DNA of 64,000 nucleotides. It comes from an uncultured virus (IMG/VR IMGVR_UViG_3300032116_021735). Taxonomy: Duplodnaviria; Heunggongvirae; Uroviricota; Caudoviricetes. The position numbers were made by a program, and so were the translations under genes. Location: IMG/VR virus record IMGVR_UViG_3300032116_021735; one strand, given 5' to 3'. Below the pieces are notes generated by a model. That model searched no databases and was not told the DNA's origin. It worked only from the letters and a program-made list of their open reading frames with translations. Positions within the stretch are counted from its first letter, which is position 1. Each line of letters opens with the position of its first letter. This document shows positions 14,801 to 22,442 of this stretch, in pieces.

Positions 14801-17800
14801 CCACCTTCGATTTCTGTGCGGTGAGGATGATGTTGCCCGGGGTAGTTGCGGAGTTCGCGGCTCCTGAGGTGAGCTCTATTCGCCCTGCAGTGCCCGTGCC
14901 GGCAGAGGGCAAGGATCCTGCGTTGAGGATGATGTTGCCTGCAGTTGCAGATCCAACGGTTGATGTTGTATCTCCCGCCGAGAGCGTGATGCTGCCGGCC
15001 GTTGCAGAAGTTGTGGTGGATCCGCCTGCGATGGTTACGGAGCCTCCGGGCGATGATGATCCACCTGAAGTGCCCGCAGAGATTGAGATTGGGCCGCCAC
15101 CTATCGTTGTTGTTCCTGTTGCAGCAACGAGAGAGATTCCTCTACCGGTTGCGGTGGTGCCCCTCGTGGAACCGCTGAGAGCGAGAGATGTTACCGTTGA
15201 TGCGATGGAAGGGTTCGATATCGTTGAAACCTGGAGGGTTCCAGATACCACTGCATCTCCACCGAAGGCAGAAACTCCGGAGCTCGATCCCGAGGATCCC
15301 GAAACGAAGAAGTAAACATCAGTTCCAATGCTCTGTGCCGCGTGCGATGATCCGAGGCCGCCTGCGATGGAAACAGATGCAGTTGTGTTGAGCCGAGGCG
15401 AGGGCGAGAGCTCGTTCCACTGGTAGAAGATCGGTGCGGTATTGCTTATCGTTACGGAACCGTTCGATCCTGTGGATATGCCGATGTTCGTTCCGGCCAC
15501 GAGGTACGAGGTGCCATCAGTGAGCTTCGTGAGGGAGCCGCTCAAACCCTGCGGAGCCTTGATCGCCCCGGAGATGATGTTCGTGCCCAGCGCGGTTCCG
15601 ATGTTGATGGAAGTTGCAGCCCCCGCGAAGTTCACCGTGGTTGCCGAGGTGTTTACGAGATCGAACGTGGCACCTGCAGTTATTAGCTTTGCAGATATAG
15701 TTCCATCTCCAATCCGCAGGATGTGGTTGATCTTGTCGAATGTTAGGCCGGCATCTCCTCCGAATGTGGATCCACCATCGTTGAACTGCACGTAGGTATC
15801 CAGCCCACCCGGCACGGTTGCGATGCTTCCACCTCCGCCTCCACCTGAGGAATCTGCACCCCTGAAGAGCCCACCGCGCACGAATCGGGCCTGAGATGTA
15901 TTTGATAGATCCGTTGCATTTCCTCGAACTATTACTGCCCCGAGGTAGATGGCTGCATCGAGCGTGTTGGCACCCTCTGTGAAGGCCTCTGCGTTGATGG
16001 CCGCCTCTGCGAGATCGAGCGTTGCGTATGTGGCGGATCCGTAGTAAACGAAGAACGCCTTGTTCACAGAGTTGGGAAACCAGTACACGCGTTGTATCGA
16101 GAACTGGCCGCCTGAAACTGCCGCGAGGGTTCCTCCGTTGTTGTACAACGTGGGATCTATCGTTGGGTAACCTGCATTGGCGATGCCGTTATCGATCACC
16201 GGTGTGGATCCGCTCACGTACTCCCTGAATATCTTCGAGGCGGTGGGAGCAGTATCCGTGCTCGAGAGAATGAGGTTGGGGGAATCAGGATTTGCAGTGT
16301 AGTTCCTACCCGCAACGTATGAAGTTCCTGAAGTTTTAGAGAGTGATAGGTTGGAACCGCTGTTCTCCAGGAGGTGCCCGCTCACCTTCAGTGGCCCGAA
16401 CGCCCTGTTGAACTGCTCGTTCGATTGGTTGAGCCCGTATGCAACGGTAGGAGCGGTGATCGTGCCGTTCGTTACAGAGCCCGATTGGTGAAGCACGCGG
16501 CCGATCGATATGATATCCGCGAAATCGTTGTTGGCGAAGGGGGTGAACTGTTGTATCAGGCCGCCCGATGAGTTGATGCCGATGTACGTGATCTGGGCGG
16601 ATCCACTGTATGTGAGGGATTGGCTCACGAAGGCCGGCCACGAAACGTAGTGAACCGTTGGGTAGGGATCGGATGTGGTGGAGGCGTTGTAATCCACCAC
16701 GAGGCCGCTGCCCGAAGTGATTGAGAATGAAGTGGAACCGTTCGCAGTGGAGAGAACACCACCGTGCAGGAGGCCCGTGGAGAGGGAACCTTCAAACCAC
16801 CTCATTCTAACGGTGTTGGTGAATCCCGTGCCGGGTTGGTACTGGGTGTAGTAGAGATCGTTGGTGGAGCCCGATGTGTAGATGTACGATGCCGATGTGT
16901 TCGTGGGTATCCTGAGGTTACCAACCGGCTTCATCTGGATGTAATCGGATACCCCGAAGGCACCGGAGATGAACGTATCTCCACCGAAAACTATCGAGGG
17001 ATCATCGGCTCCCGTGGAGGTTCGCGTTCCTGAAACGTAGAAGTTCACGCTCGCACCCACATCGAAAGGAGAATCGATTCCCACTTGATTTCCTATGAAT
17101 GCGGCGGAGCCCGTGGTGTAGATGGAGCCGGCGGTGGTGGAGAAGAAGAAATCGGAGTTCGCAGTTGCGTTCGTGGAGATTGTTACGGATCCGTTCGATG
17201 CCGAGGATATGCCGATGTTGTTGCCGGCAATGAGATAGGAAGTGCCGTCCGCGAGGCGTGTGAGAGATCCTGAGAAGCCGTTGGTTGCCCTGAAGGTGGA
17301 TGCTGTGAGGGCACCAGTGAGTTTATTGAAGGTGAGGAGAGAAGATCCAGCAGGAGCTCCCCCATCGTTGAATATTACCTGAGTATCAGATCCTGCGATG
17401 GGTCCGGTGGCTCCGGTAGCACCCACCGGACCGGTTGCACCAGTTGGTCCCGTGGCGCCTGTAGGACCTGCAGATCCTGGGGTTCCGGATGCTCCAGCTG
17501 GTCCTGCAGGCCCGGCTGACCCCGTTGCACCCGTGGCGCCTGCAGCTCCACCTCCACCACCTGTTGTTGAGAGAGTTATCCACCTGCCTCCAGACCAGGT
17601 GATTCCTACTGCATCATAATTGTTAGATAGAACTTTTGTTGTCGATCCATCAATTAAAACTCCGCTCTTCGATGATTGAAGCATGATGTTGTTCGTAGAA
17701 CACCTGCCTGCTGAATCTTTGATGTAATACAGGGTTCCTTCACGAGGTGAGGCTGGAAGTGAGATCGTTACGGATCCGTTTCCTGGTTTGATCGTTACAT

Positions 17801-18011
17801 CTAGTATCGTGGATGCACGCCCGATCGAGTGCGTGGCACCCGGTGCGATCGAGACGGGACGAGTGCGGAGTATCAGATCTCCTGTTACCTGCAACTCCGA
17901 TTCATCCACAGGTGTACCAATCTGCACATCGGTGGTGAGTACGGTACGCTTCACACCGCCGTTCTCAGAAACAAAAACGATTACATCGTTTGGTTTTTTG
18001 TTGATCGCCAT
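5874..18011 (-). CDS. Giant modular tail-fibre protein (4045 aa)
   Basis: N-terminal fibre-type domain (VTISLPASP..IKDSAG..NNI), short collagen segment, dozens of GNVGIGT repeats, six copies of a ~75-aa conserved block, and C-terminal KSFVIPHP..LRYGSLEGPENGIYVRG..LPDYW..VQLTPIG domain typical of phage fibres. Confidence 0.9.
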   Translation of the reverse strand: MAINKKPNDVIVFVSENGGVKRTVLTTDVQIGTPVDESELQVTGDLILRTRPVSIAPGATHSIGRASTILDVTIKPGNGSVTISLPASPREGTLYYIKDSAGRCSTNNIMLQSSKSGVLIDGSTTKVLSNNYDAVGITWSGGRWITLSTTGGGGGAAGATGATGSAGPAGPAGASGTPGSAGPTGATGPTGATGPVGATGATGPIAGSDTQVIFNDGGAPAGSSLLTFNKLTGALTASTFRATNGFSGSLTRLADGTSYLIAGNNIGISSASNGSVTISTNATANSDFFFSTTAGSIYTTGSAAFIGNQVGIDSPFDVGASVNFYVSGTRTSTGADDPSIVFGGDTFISGAFGVSDYIQMKPVGNLRIPTNTSASYIYTSGSTNDLYYTQYQPGTGFTNTVRMRWFEGSLSTGLLHGGVLSTANGSTSFSITSGSGLVVDYNASTTSDPYPTVHYVSWPAFVSQSLTYSGSAQITYIGINSSGGLIQQFTPFANNDFADIISIGRVLHQSGSVTNGTITAPTVAYGLNQSNEQFNRAFGPLKVSGHLLENSGSNLSLSKTSGTSYVAGRNYTANPDSPNLILSSTDTAPTASKIFREYVSGSTPVIDNGIANAGYPTIDPTLYNNGGTLAAVSGGQFSIQRVYWFPNSVNKAFFVYYGSATYATLDLAEAAINAEAFTEGANTLDAAIYLGAVIVRGNATDLSNTSQARFVRGGLFRGADSSGGGGGGSIATVPGGLDTYVQFNDGGSTFGGDAGLTFDKINHILRIGDGTISAKLITAGATFDLVNTSATTVNFAGAATSINIGTALGTNIISGAIKAPQGLSGSLTKLTDGTSYLVAGTNIGISTGSNGSVTISNTAPIFYQWNELSPSPRLNTTASVSIAGGLGSSHAAQSIGTDVYFFVSGSSGSSSGVSAFGGDAVVSGTLQVSTISNPSIASTVTSLALSGSTRGTTATGRGISLVAATGTTTIGGGPISISAGTSGGSSSPGGSVTIAGGSTTTSATAGSITLSAGDTTSTVGSATAGNIILNAGSLPSAGTGTAGRIELTSGAANSATTPGNIILTAQKSKVVVRQSMATVPAGTNVFLYVTGTIGGTDRSLFAGDTYVSGTLFGASGLSGSLTRLIDGTSYLIAGTNITIATGSNGSVSISSPSTVTGTGTAGYVPVFTGAGSIGNSSTIYNAGGAVGIGTTVLNGNALSILGTTALTGSFLPGLSLTYDLGSATASWRDVYARTGSFSGDLNVSGDLRVLGTSSIINSEIVNIKDNAILLNAGPSPLNFGGVYVADTTANTTGSLIWDTVTDRWKAGFVGAEINVVTTGSTDNLYNKTLPISGLNSNTISGGTQGGVGYFNTSGHLSSSAAGTSGQILQSAGTSAPTWVNFGSLVSGSNVITGSGTVNYHAKFTSGNAIANSIIYDDGTYVGVNNTSPSATLHVGNNDSATLLVNGASKLLFRDSGTYMQELSGLQIESGTGRAIALRTSNSERVRIDTSGNVGIGTSTYGSRLYVSGSTSATTPTATIREGVTASTTAVGVLDVQSYTGSSLLFVSGSGFVGVGTNIPSSPVVPVAGGKFQVSSSNTGNAAFGLFIGSQFFGASLNYYDAYNHIFRHSDGSTIKVLLDGNGNVGIGSMSSIGVSNPLARLLVSGSSTSAASGLIVKAGIASPVGAVFEAQGNDGTSLLVVSGSGNVGIGISNTGDKLAVNGSLSVTGSALPGATSTYDLGSTAKLWRNVYSTAFSGSLTKLTDGTSYLIAGTNITIATGSNGSVNISSPNTITGSGTANYVPKFTSERALANSIIYDDGTNVGIGTSALDARLVVAGSSVFSGSINPDADSAYYLGNGLKRWQFIYGRSIIGTFTGSNLTEGQVVVAGTSGALSGSNNFWWSNSTGKVGIGTSTPQSKLYVLGASNSTISPSNALLGIEGSAGGGLLIGSIGGASYIQTGEISNIGSVFYPLYLNPLGRNVSIGTTTATSTLFISGSTSSTPTLTVKAGVDSPTAQVLSVQKWDGSHLLSVRADATALGVGGTFGVGIGTNTVNDTLHVYKNEYASDHYPWFENASTFGSTILTLQAGANGYSNAIRGVDQSQQQQWYVGGSNYANSLVFKTVGNTERMFINSAGNVGIGTTSYTARLFVSGSVNTSTPTMIVREGVASPAGGVGVLDVQSSAGSSLLFVSGSGFVGIGTSALDSRLVVAGNSVFSGSANPDGDLTRDLGSTTKRWRNVYAGSISGSLTGSNLTAGQVVVAGTGGLISGSSNFWWENSTGRVGIGTSSPGYALDILNGSLKLNKGSYLIVGNDTNDSIIAQDNPAGFPSTSNVITHNTFAGAWGFRDSNTGTYRLTILANNGNVGIGTTNPQARLFVTGSSTTTDTTFLVREGVATATGGAYILNTQNSAGTNILMVSGSGKVGIGAAPTLASPLYVFGNVAGPQVTAGASSGASPNGTVGYNLRIDTTDLWQLITDNNAGNSFFLQYNNASRYLGVTTTGNVGIGTTNPGYNLQVGSGASAGTRTIAAIDSGYGILLAGGNNVSKIQSLGTAYPLEFQAGNGNDGNYRFTSTGNVGIGTATPTSKLHIYTTQNDATATPSVDVNAAFFRLGDATTNLAFDNGVGFKIHDGGRVHYSIGQLSGSLYISQTSDNGNVLYPANRADGIVMNASGFVGLGTTITDVRLAVNGNSVFSGSANPDADLTRDLGSTVKRWRNLYAGNIIGSVTGSNLTAGQVVVAGTGGLLSGSNNFWWNNSTNQVGIGTSTIQGSTVLQVNRATGGALPQIALTNSSVGGTVHWIGTGWISDGLGSTDTLNLGNNQQRSVSIISANAAVLTVVDDGTKKKAVMPQANSYLGIGTTNPTATLQVLGHTTAGTAAAAIIREGVASQTAGLPVLDVQNSAGTSILFVSGSGNVGIGITNPTLYRLDVVGQIKSRNLASGDTTGITLGNNGSERARIQFTASDDSARFKLEVLGVNGATERLSVFAGPIGGVASNEALVIGGNGNIGIGTGALITARLLVSGSGATSSTTTAHFVNSSGTSLLFVRDDGRVGIGTSAPQAAFHVVNGSVPNAANLYIGYVGSNNYYDANQHYYRDGSGNIRLTISSTGNVTPGADATQDLGSSSLRWRNVFAANISGSLTGSNLTAGQVVVAGTGGVLSGSNNFWWNNSANQVGIGTSSPTNTLDVRGTLGIGGGATYGNGLTVTSTNTSAANHTHYIRGPAAGTNDDVYFDLNRGGGAYGSFNVNFGSSTIFGVSGGALRYNGNILLSPVSNVQQTVGKFSIGGPSPVSRFEVTGSGATSSTSTMHLVNGSNSTLLFVRDDGNVGIGTSSPGYRLDVTGNTQLYGNLLVGNTVTGGSTARFTTHQDRALTIKSNISSTVKITAINPLSSDTLRELTLEGSPVTIYTGATSGASGTEAVRIDASGNVGIGTSSPTVGFRLDVRGAGRIEVADPRIDLVGTYRGFMAQVVDAGSAAASYWRLYDLTAAANRVIVDSSGNVGIGTIGLDSRLVVAGNSVFSGSANPSADLTYDLGSSTKRWRNVYASSISGSITGSNLTAGQVVVAGAGGLLSGSNNFWWSNSNGRVGIGTSSPAVALDVAVGPINVGTPNGAGGSAKLVVADSSTDTSSYGLGARIAIQNNSATDGNFSSLSFVTSNAEDAAAIWSVIRAHASAQGDLVFGTSEDGGATERMRIDSAGNVGIGTSVMDYSSRLVVAGNSVFSGSVNPDGDLTRDLGSSTKRWRNLYAGNISGSLTGSNLTAGQVVVAGTGGLLSGSNNFWWSNSNGRVGIGTSSPTAFLTVQVPNAASTNVRIGEVFANYAGITLNGSTTDNDYNILSRATDQNLYINRPTGNIIHFREGNTNQVAIASGGNVGIGTATPTARLHINGSIGTTTHTLYARENQASASGTAVMWLQNSAGANLLFVSGSGNVGIGTSAPAFNLEVAGTFAAATKSFVIPHPIRPGWKLRYGSLEGPENGIYVRGASQSEVIDLPDYWEPLVDPASIAVQLTPIGKWQSLYVESIENNRVKIGRGWFMRLFGIKPNYFYMVNGARRDATFDVEYVP
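6690..12620 (-). repeat. Six dispersed copies of a ~200-250 bp conserved fibre block (..DLGSxxKRWRNx[38 protein letters not shown])
   Basis: Nucleotide core ccaccagaagttg(t/c)t at ~6726, 7332, 8568, 9810, 11244 and 12366; a seventh, divergent copy at ~3122 in the neighbouring fibre gene. Confidence 0.92.
12705..17280 (-). repeat. Four copies of a ~30-aa block SGSLTxLxDGTSYLxAGxNIxIxxxSNGSVxIS
   Basis: At ~12710-12810, 14570-14660, 15445-15545 and 17175-17280; a related copy at ~470-570 in the left fibre gene. Confidence 0.88.
17395..17545 (-). repeat. Collagen-like Gly-X-Y segment after the N-terminal domain of the 4045-aa fibre
   Basis: [50 protein letters not shown]. Confidence 0.9.
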
Positions 18012-18012
18012 T

Positions 18013-20598
18013 TCAAGTTACCGTAAGCCCACTCGGATCGAACTGAAGCGAGGTGAGGGTTGCATCAGTAATTAATCTCAAATCAGATTCCTGCCTCAAC
18101 TTTGCTTCTCCATCGAAGTACGGAAGGGAAGAGGTCACTTCTGGGCTGAGGTTCTGTGAGTAGGTTCTTGCGGGGTTCACCTTCTCGTTGTATATATAAC
18201 CAATCCCTCTGTCGTCTTTCTTGTAGCGCTGGCGTATGAAATTGACCTCCGCGGCAGGAGGTCCTATCTGTGTTATCTCTTTTAGTATCGTCAACTTTGA
18301 ATCTGTCTGATTGTTGAAGTTATCGTTCGTCATGGCGTCGTCGTCCACGACGGACGAATTTACGTTTATAAACTTCGTATAAGGACGTTGCTCGAGCATG
18401 TCTCTGAATTGTCCGAACTTGTCTCTCCTGAATATCACCTTTGAGTTTACGGGGAGGCCGCTGAATAGACCGTACTTCCATCCTCTGATTTCAGGCGATA
18501 TTCCAAATACTATTGATTTTGAGGTGGCCGCTGAACCAGACACGAGGTACTCAGTGTTGAACGCTGACGTACCAGAAAGAATTGGATTTAATCTGTCGTC
18601 TGTTCTATACCCTTTAAATTTCGGGTAATTATTGCCACCTATTCTGCTGTTATCTACGACAGGAAACGATTCTTCTCTGTATGTGAAGATCTTGAAGTTA
18701 TCAATTGCAGCAGCTTGAGGGTCTGATGTTGCGAGAGGAGGATCATTTGGTAGCGCAAGAGTATATAAAAATATAAATCTATATTCGCCGGGATCAAGAA
18801 GATAATCTCCCAGATTATCAGGCGGGTAAGACAATCCGTACCCAGGCGACCCATATTCAAAACCAGGATAATAGCTCTCCTTAAAGTTATAATTTGACAT
18901 TGTGACAAATGTATTTAATGTAGATGACGATCCCGAAACATGATCAAAAGTTCTATCAGGGCCATAATTTGTTCCAATTATAACATCACCCGAAGGATTT
19001 CCAGGATAGGCACCAAAATAGCACGTCAATGAACCGTAATTATATCTTCCTGCAATGGCTCTGTCATAGCTAAAATTCCACGGATAAGAAGAAGTTATGT
19101 CAACAATGACTGGTGACTTATTGTCTTCTGAGCTCATTAGACCGCCGTAATCTGTCAAAGTATTCGACAGAAGAATCTTATTTCCTCCTTCTTGCTTTCT
19201 CCATGCTATTCCCTTTGTGGAGGTTGTTCCACTTACAATATTGTATAGATCGCCTTGATAAGGATAGTCTGCGGTTTTATAGCTTGTCACCACCCATGGA
19301 AATGACCAATCAGGATCTGAAACGTTGCTTGCAGACCAGCTTACTTTAAGTCCTTCTTCTTCATAGCTCGGTATTTGATCTGCAGGAGTTCCGTCTGGTA
19401 TGGTTTCTAGGTCTAGCTTGTATGACAAAATAAATTTCGTAGGATCGAAGGTTCTCTTTCCGTACGTTATATTGTTAACGTCTCCAAATCCAAACAAAAA
19501 TTTTATGATGTCGTCGGTACCCATTGACTGTGTCAACAGCATCGAACCGGCTTCTGCATTAGCATATGTTGAAAGAAAATCTCTGTCAGAAAATTTCGAA
19601 AGATTGACATCTCCGGGCACTAAAAGAGAATAGCCGTAAGACGTGTCGGCTATTCTCTTGTAATTCCATTCTTCTCCAGTTTCTGGTCCGTACCAGCCCG
19701 GTCTTATCTTGCCAGTGCCTAGAGATCCTTCAATATTTGACTTTATTCTTAGTGAATTTCTCGCGTTTTCGTTGTACCCGGGAAGCAACGGAAAGAAATT
19801 GTCTATTTTTAACGTCTTGTTAAATTCTACAAGATCTACGGGTGTCGCGTCTGTTTCAATTGAACCAGAGTCAAAGCTTTTAAATTCTCTCTCTCGCTTG
19901 TCGTAAACAGGCAATCTTGCAGAAAGAGTTGATCTCAATCCGAGAGTTTTGTCAAATCCTACAAATCTCTTTTCGGGATTATATTTCCCTTCGAACGGGA
20001 ACGACCACGTCCAGCTGTTGTTGACGGTCGGGTCAGTGTCGTATCCCTCGCCCGATCTGTCTTGAACAAGTGAGTTAAATATTAAATATCCTCCGCTGCC
20101 CGTCACGGTGGTGCCGTACGGAGACAAGACTGTGTGCTCCGAATTTTGGCTAGTCCACACTCTAGAGCCTTCTGCCCCTAGACATTCCGGTATGTTGGGC
20201 AGACAAGAATCGTAGTATCTTTCACTTGGATCGAAGTGTTGATTGATTCTGTACGACGTAGTCGAAGTCTTTTCATGCCAGGGGACCAACCTATAAGAAA
20301 GTCTTGGAATACTTCTCACGGCGTCTGATCCGTACGTTGAATCAAGCGCGGGAAAAGATTCTGCGTAGTATTTGCTAAAAAGTCGTCCCCTAGACCCAGT
20401 GACGAAGATTCTGTCTTTTTTCTCTGACTTAGATCTCGTATAATCGGATACAACTTCTGACACTATTGTGCCTGTGACGAAGTCGTCCTGCATCGTTCCG
20501 TAAAAGGATGCTTCGTAATAAGTGTCAAACTGATCTAAGACGGGATCATTTCCTATTACGTCTTTGACGACATCTGTGTAGACTTTTTCATAACTCAT
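18013..20598 (-). CDS. Putative virion structural protein (baseplate/tail periphery), 861 aa
   Basis: Long ORF translationally coupled within the baseplate-to-fibre operon; S/T/G/Y-rich; no family motif recognised. Confidence 0.6.
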   Translation of the reverse strand: MSYEKVYTDVVKDVIGNDPVLDQFDTYYEASFYGTMQDDFVTGTIVSEVVSDYTRSKSEKKDRIFVTGSRGRLFSKYYAESFPALDSTYGSDAVRSIPRLSYRLVPWHEKTSTTSYRINQHFDPSERYYDSCLPNIPECLGAEGSRVWTSQNSEHTVLSPYGTTVTGSGGYLIFNSLVQDRSGEGYDTDPTVNNSWTWSFPFEGKYNPEKRFVGFDKTLGLRSTLSARLPVYDKREREFKSFDSGSIETDATPVDLVEFNKTLKIDNFFPLLPGYNENARNSLRIKSNIEGSLGTGKIRPGWYGPETGEEWNYKRIADTSYGYSLLVPGDVNLSKFSDRDFLSTYANAEAGSMLLTQSMGTDDIIKFLFGFGDVNNITYGKRTFDPTKFILSYKLDLETIPDGTPADQIPSYEEEGLKVSWSASNVSDPDWSFPWVVTSYKTADYPYQGDLYNIVSGTTSTKGIAWRKQEGGNKILLSNTLTDYGGLMSSEDNKSPVIVDITSSYPWNFSYDRAIAGRYNYGSLTCYFGAYPGNPSGDVIIGTNYGPDRTFDHVSGSSSTLNTFVTMSNYNFKESYYPGFEYGSPGYGLSYPPDNLGDYLLDPGEYRFIFLYTLALPNDPPLATSDPQAAAIDNFKIFTYREESFPVVDNSRIGGNNYPKFKGYRTDDRLNPILSGTSAFNTEYLVSGSAATSKSIVFGISPEIRGWKYGLFSGLPVNSKVIFRRDKFGQFRDMLEQRPYTKFINVNSSVVDDDAMTNDNFNNQTDSKLTILKEITQIGPPAAEVNFIRQRYKKDDRGIGYIYNEKVNPARTYSQNLSPEVTSSLPYFDGEAKLRQESDLRLITDATLTSLQFDPSGLTVT

Positions 20599-22442
20599 GG
20601 TATGTAGCTGTTTCCTGCTCTTACATATGATCCGTAGAAAGTCATATTAATACTACCAGTATTCAAAGTCACATCATGACCTGTAACTGAGCCTACTAGC
20701 GGAATCAATTTTGTTAAAACATTATTTCCTGTGTTTGCGTCTGCAGCGCTGTTAATATTGTGACCACTTGCTGATACAGCAGGTCTTGTTTTTGATATTG
20801 CCAAAACTAACTTATCTCCAGGATTTAAGAGATAGGGAGCGTCTTTACTTGATGAAAATACTTCAGATGGGTATACATTGTAAATCCAAGCTTGGGGCGT
20901 GAACGTGGTGGAGTATGGCAGGTCTACAGGCACACCGTTATAATTGGGAACATAGCTTTGAATATCGATGTCAAGCTGAGAGAAAAATTCTTTTAAGTTA
21001 CCGTAAGCTGTTGATCTATCAACCTCAGTAGAATTTTCTGAGTAATAAGGGTTTAAAATAGTCGGGTCTCCTGTTTTGCTAAAAGCCTGACTGGATGTGT
21101 ATTCTCCTCCGAATATAGACCCTCCGCTGGGAGCAAATCCTGTCATTCCTCTGCCAAACGGATCTATAGAAGAAACGATAGAAAGCTGACTTTGAGCAAA
21201 AGTTGAGAGCGAAAAAGTTTTATTTCCAAAATATTCAGGTTCCCAAACGATCTTTCTATACTTATCCATTATCTCACGATAATAATAAACTTCACGCCCA
21301 AACTGTGGCTGCTTATAAGCATCAACTGCTGCATTTGGAATGCTTGAAGTCATATACCACACGGCAAGAGAGAGTCCGTTTACGCCATTTGATATGTTGG
21401 CTACAGTTTTTACAGTTATAGATCCTGTAAAAGCTGAATTTGCAGAAGGTTGATAAATAGTGGCATTTGGGCTTCTTAGCCCGTAGGGCTCGACGACGAC
21501 TGCATAAGCTCCTCTTTCTGCAGATTCCGGAGGAAGCCTCCTTGCTATTGCGGTCAACTTTGAATCTTGTAAGTGTGTTATGGTCCCTTTGGCAACTAAG
21601 TCTCTTATGTTGCTTTGACCGTATTTTTTTTGGCAAAAGAGCGAGAGCGTTAAAGCAGGTCCTCCCGAATCAATATACAAATTCTGTTTTATTTGAGTAT
21701 TGGTTGGCAAGTAAGTCCCAGTTGCGGTCGCCAAAGACGTAACAGTCCTATCCTGGAACCAGGATTCTCCCAAACAAAAAGGTATTTCAAATACCGCTTT
21801 TTCCAATAAGAACGGTCTGTCTATGTCAAGTTCAAAAGTCTCATCACTAGAAGCATCATAAATTTCAGATCTTTGAACTGACTTTGGGAAATCTTCGAGC
21901 AATGCATCAATTACGCTCGCGCCGCGCCGCCCTTGCGCGTCACGTATCTTATTTCCAATTATTTGTGATCCAACATAGCGAGACGTTGAGTTTGAGCGGC
22001 CCAGTCCACCAGCATCAGCTTCTGTGACTTGTCTGTATATGTCAAGACTTCCTGACATTACAGGATGACCGTAACAATCAAATCCCTTTGCGTCTTCAAT
22101 AATAAGAGAGCCTACTGTATAACCATCTCCTAATGTCCCAGAAGCTGGACTCCATTGAGTATTTATTGCAAATCTATTAAAAGGGCCGACGTGATCTCCT
22201 GTGCTGCGTGCCGGTATGTTCCAAGATTTTAATGTCTTGTTAAAGTAATAAATGCTGCAACTGCTAGGCAGCATTGAAGTCTTTGCTGCTATATTAAATG
22301 ACATCTTGATCTGCTCTTTGCTTAAAAGAGAGCGAGAAAAGCTGCCTGGTGTTTCACCAATTGGTCCGGCAGACCCCGTTGCATAAAAGGAATCATTTAA
22401 ATTACCTTGCTCAAATCTTGCATATTCAGAAAAAGGCTTCAT
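20595..22442 (-). CDS. Putative virion structural protein, 615 aa
   Basis: ATGA overlaps with both neighbours in the structural operon; no family motif recognised. Confidence 0.6.
   Translation of the reverse strand: MKPFSEYARFEQGNLNDSFYATGSAGPIGETPGSFSRSLLSKEQIKMSFNIAAKTSMLPSSCSIYYFNKTLKSWNIPARSTGDHVGPFNRFAINTQWSPASGTLGDGYTVGSLIIEDAKGFDCYGHPVMSGSLDIYRQVTEADAGGLGRSNSTSRYVGSQIIGNKIRDAQGRRGASVIDALLEDFPKSVQRSEIYDASSDETFELDIDRPFLLEKAVFEIPFCLGESWFQDRTVTSLATATGTYLPTNTQIKQNLYIDSGGPALTLSLFCQKKYGQSNIRDLVAKGTITHLQDSKLTAIARRLPPESAERGAYAVVVEPYGLRSPNATIYQPSANSAFTGSITVKTVANISNGVNGLSLAVWYMTSSIPNAAVDAYKQPQFGREVYYYREIMDKYRKIVWEPEYFGNKTFSLSTFAQSQLSIVSSIDPFGRGMTGFAPSGGSIFGGEYTSSQAFSKTGDPTILNPYYSENSTEVDRSTAYGNLKEFFSQLDIDIQSYVPNYNGVPVDLPYSTTFTPQAWIYNVYPSEVFSSSKDAPYLLNPGDKLVLAISKTRPAVSASGHNINSAADANTGNNVLTKLIPLVGSVTGHDVTLNTGSINMTFYGSYVRAGNSYIP

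Noticed and set aside
3801..18011. Diversity-generating retroelement or invertible shufflon acting on fibre/LamG genes
   Set aside because: No reverse transcriptase or site-specific recombinase in the window; repeats are direct and coding, and I saw no adenine-specific template/variable pair or inverted cassettes.
6142..18075. Short ORFs on both strands overlapping the 4045-aa gene
   Set aside because: Shadow or alternate-frame ORFs of GC-rich repetitive coding DNA, with no independent motifs or start signals.
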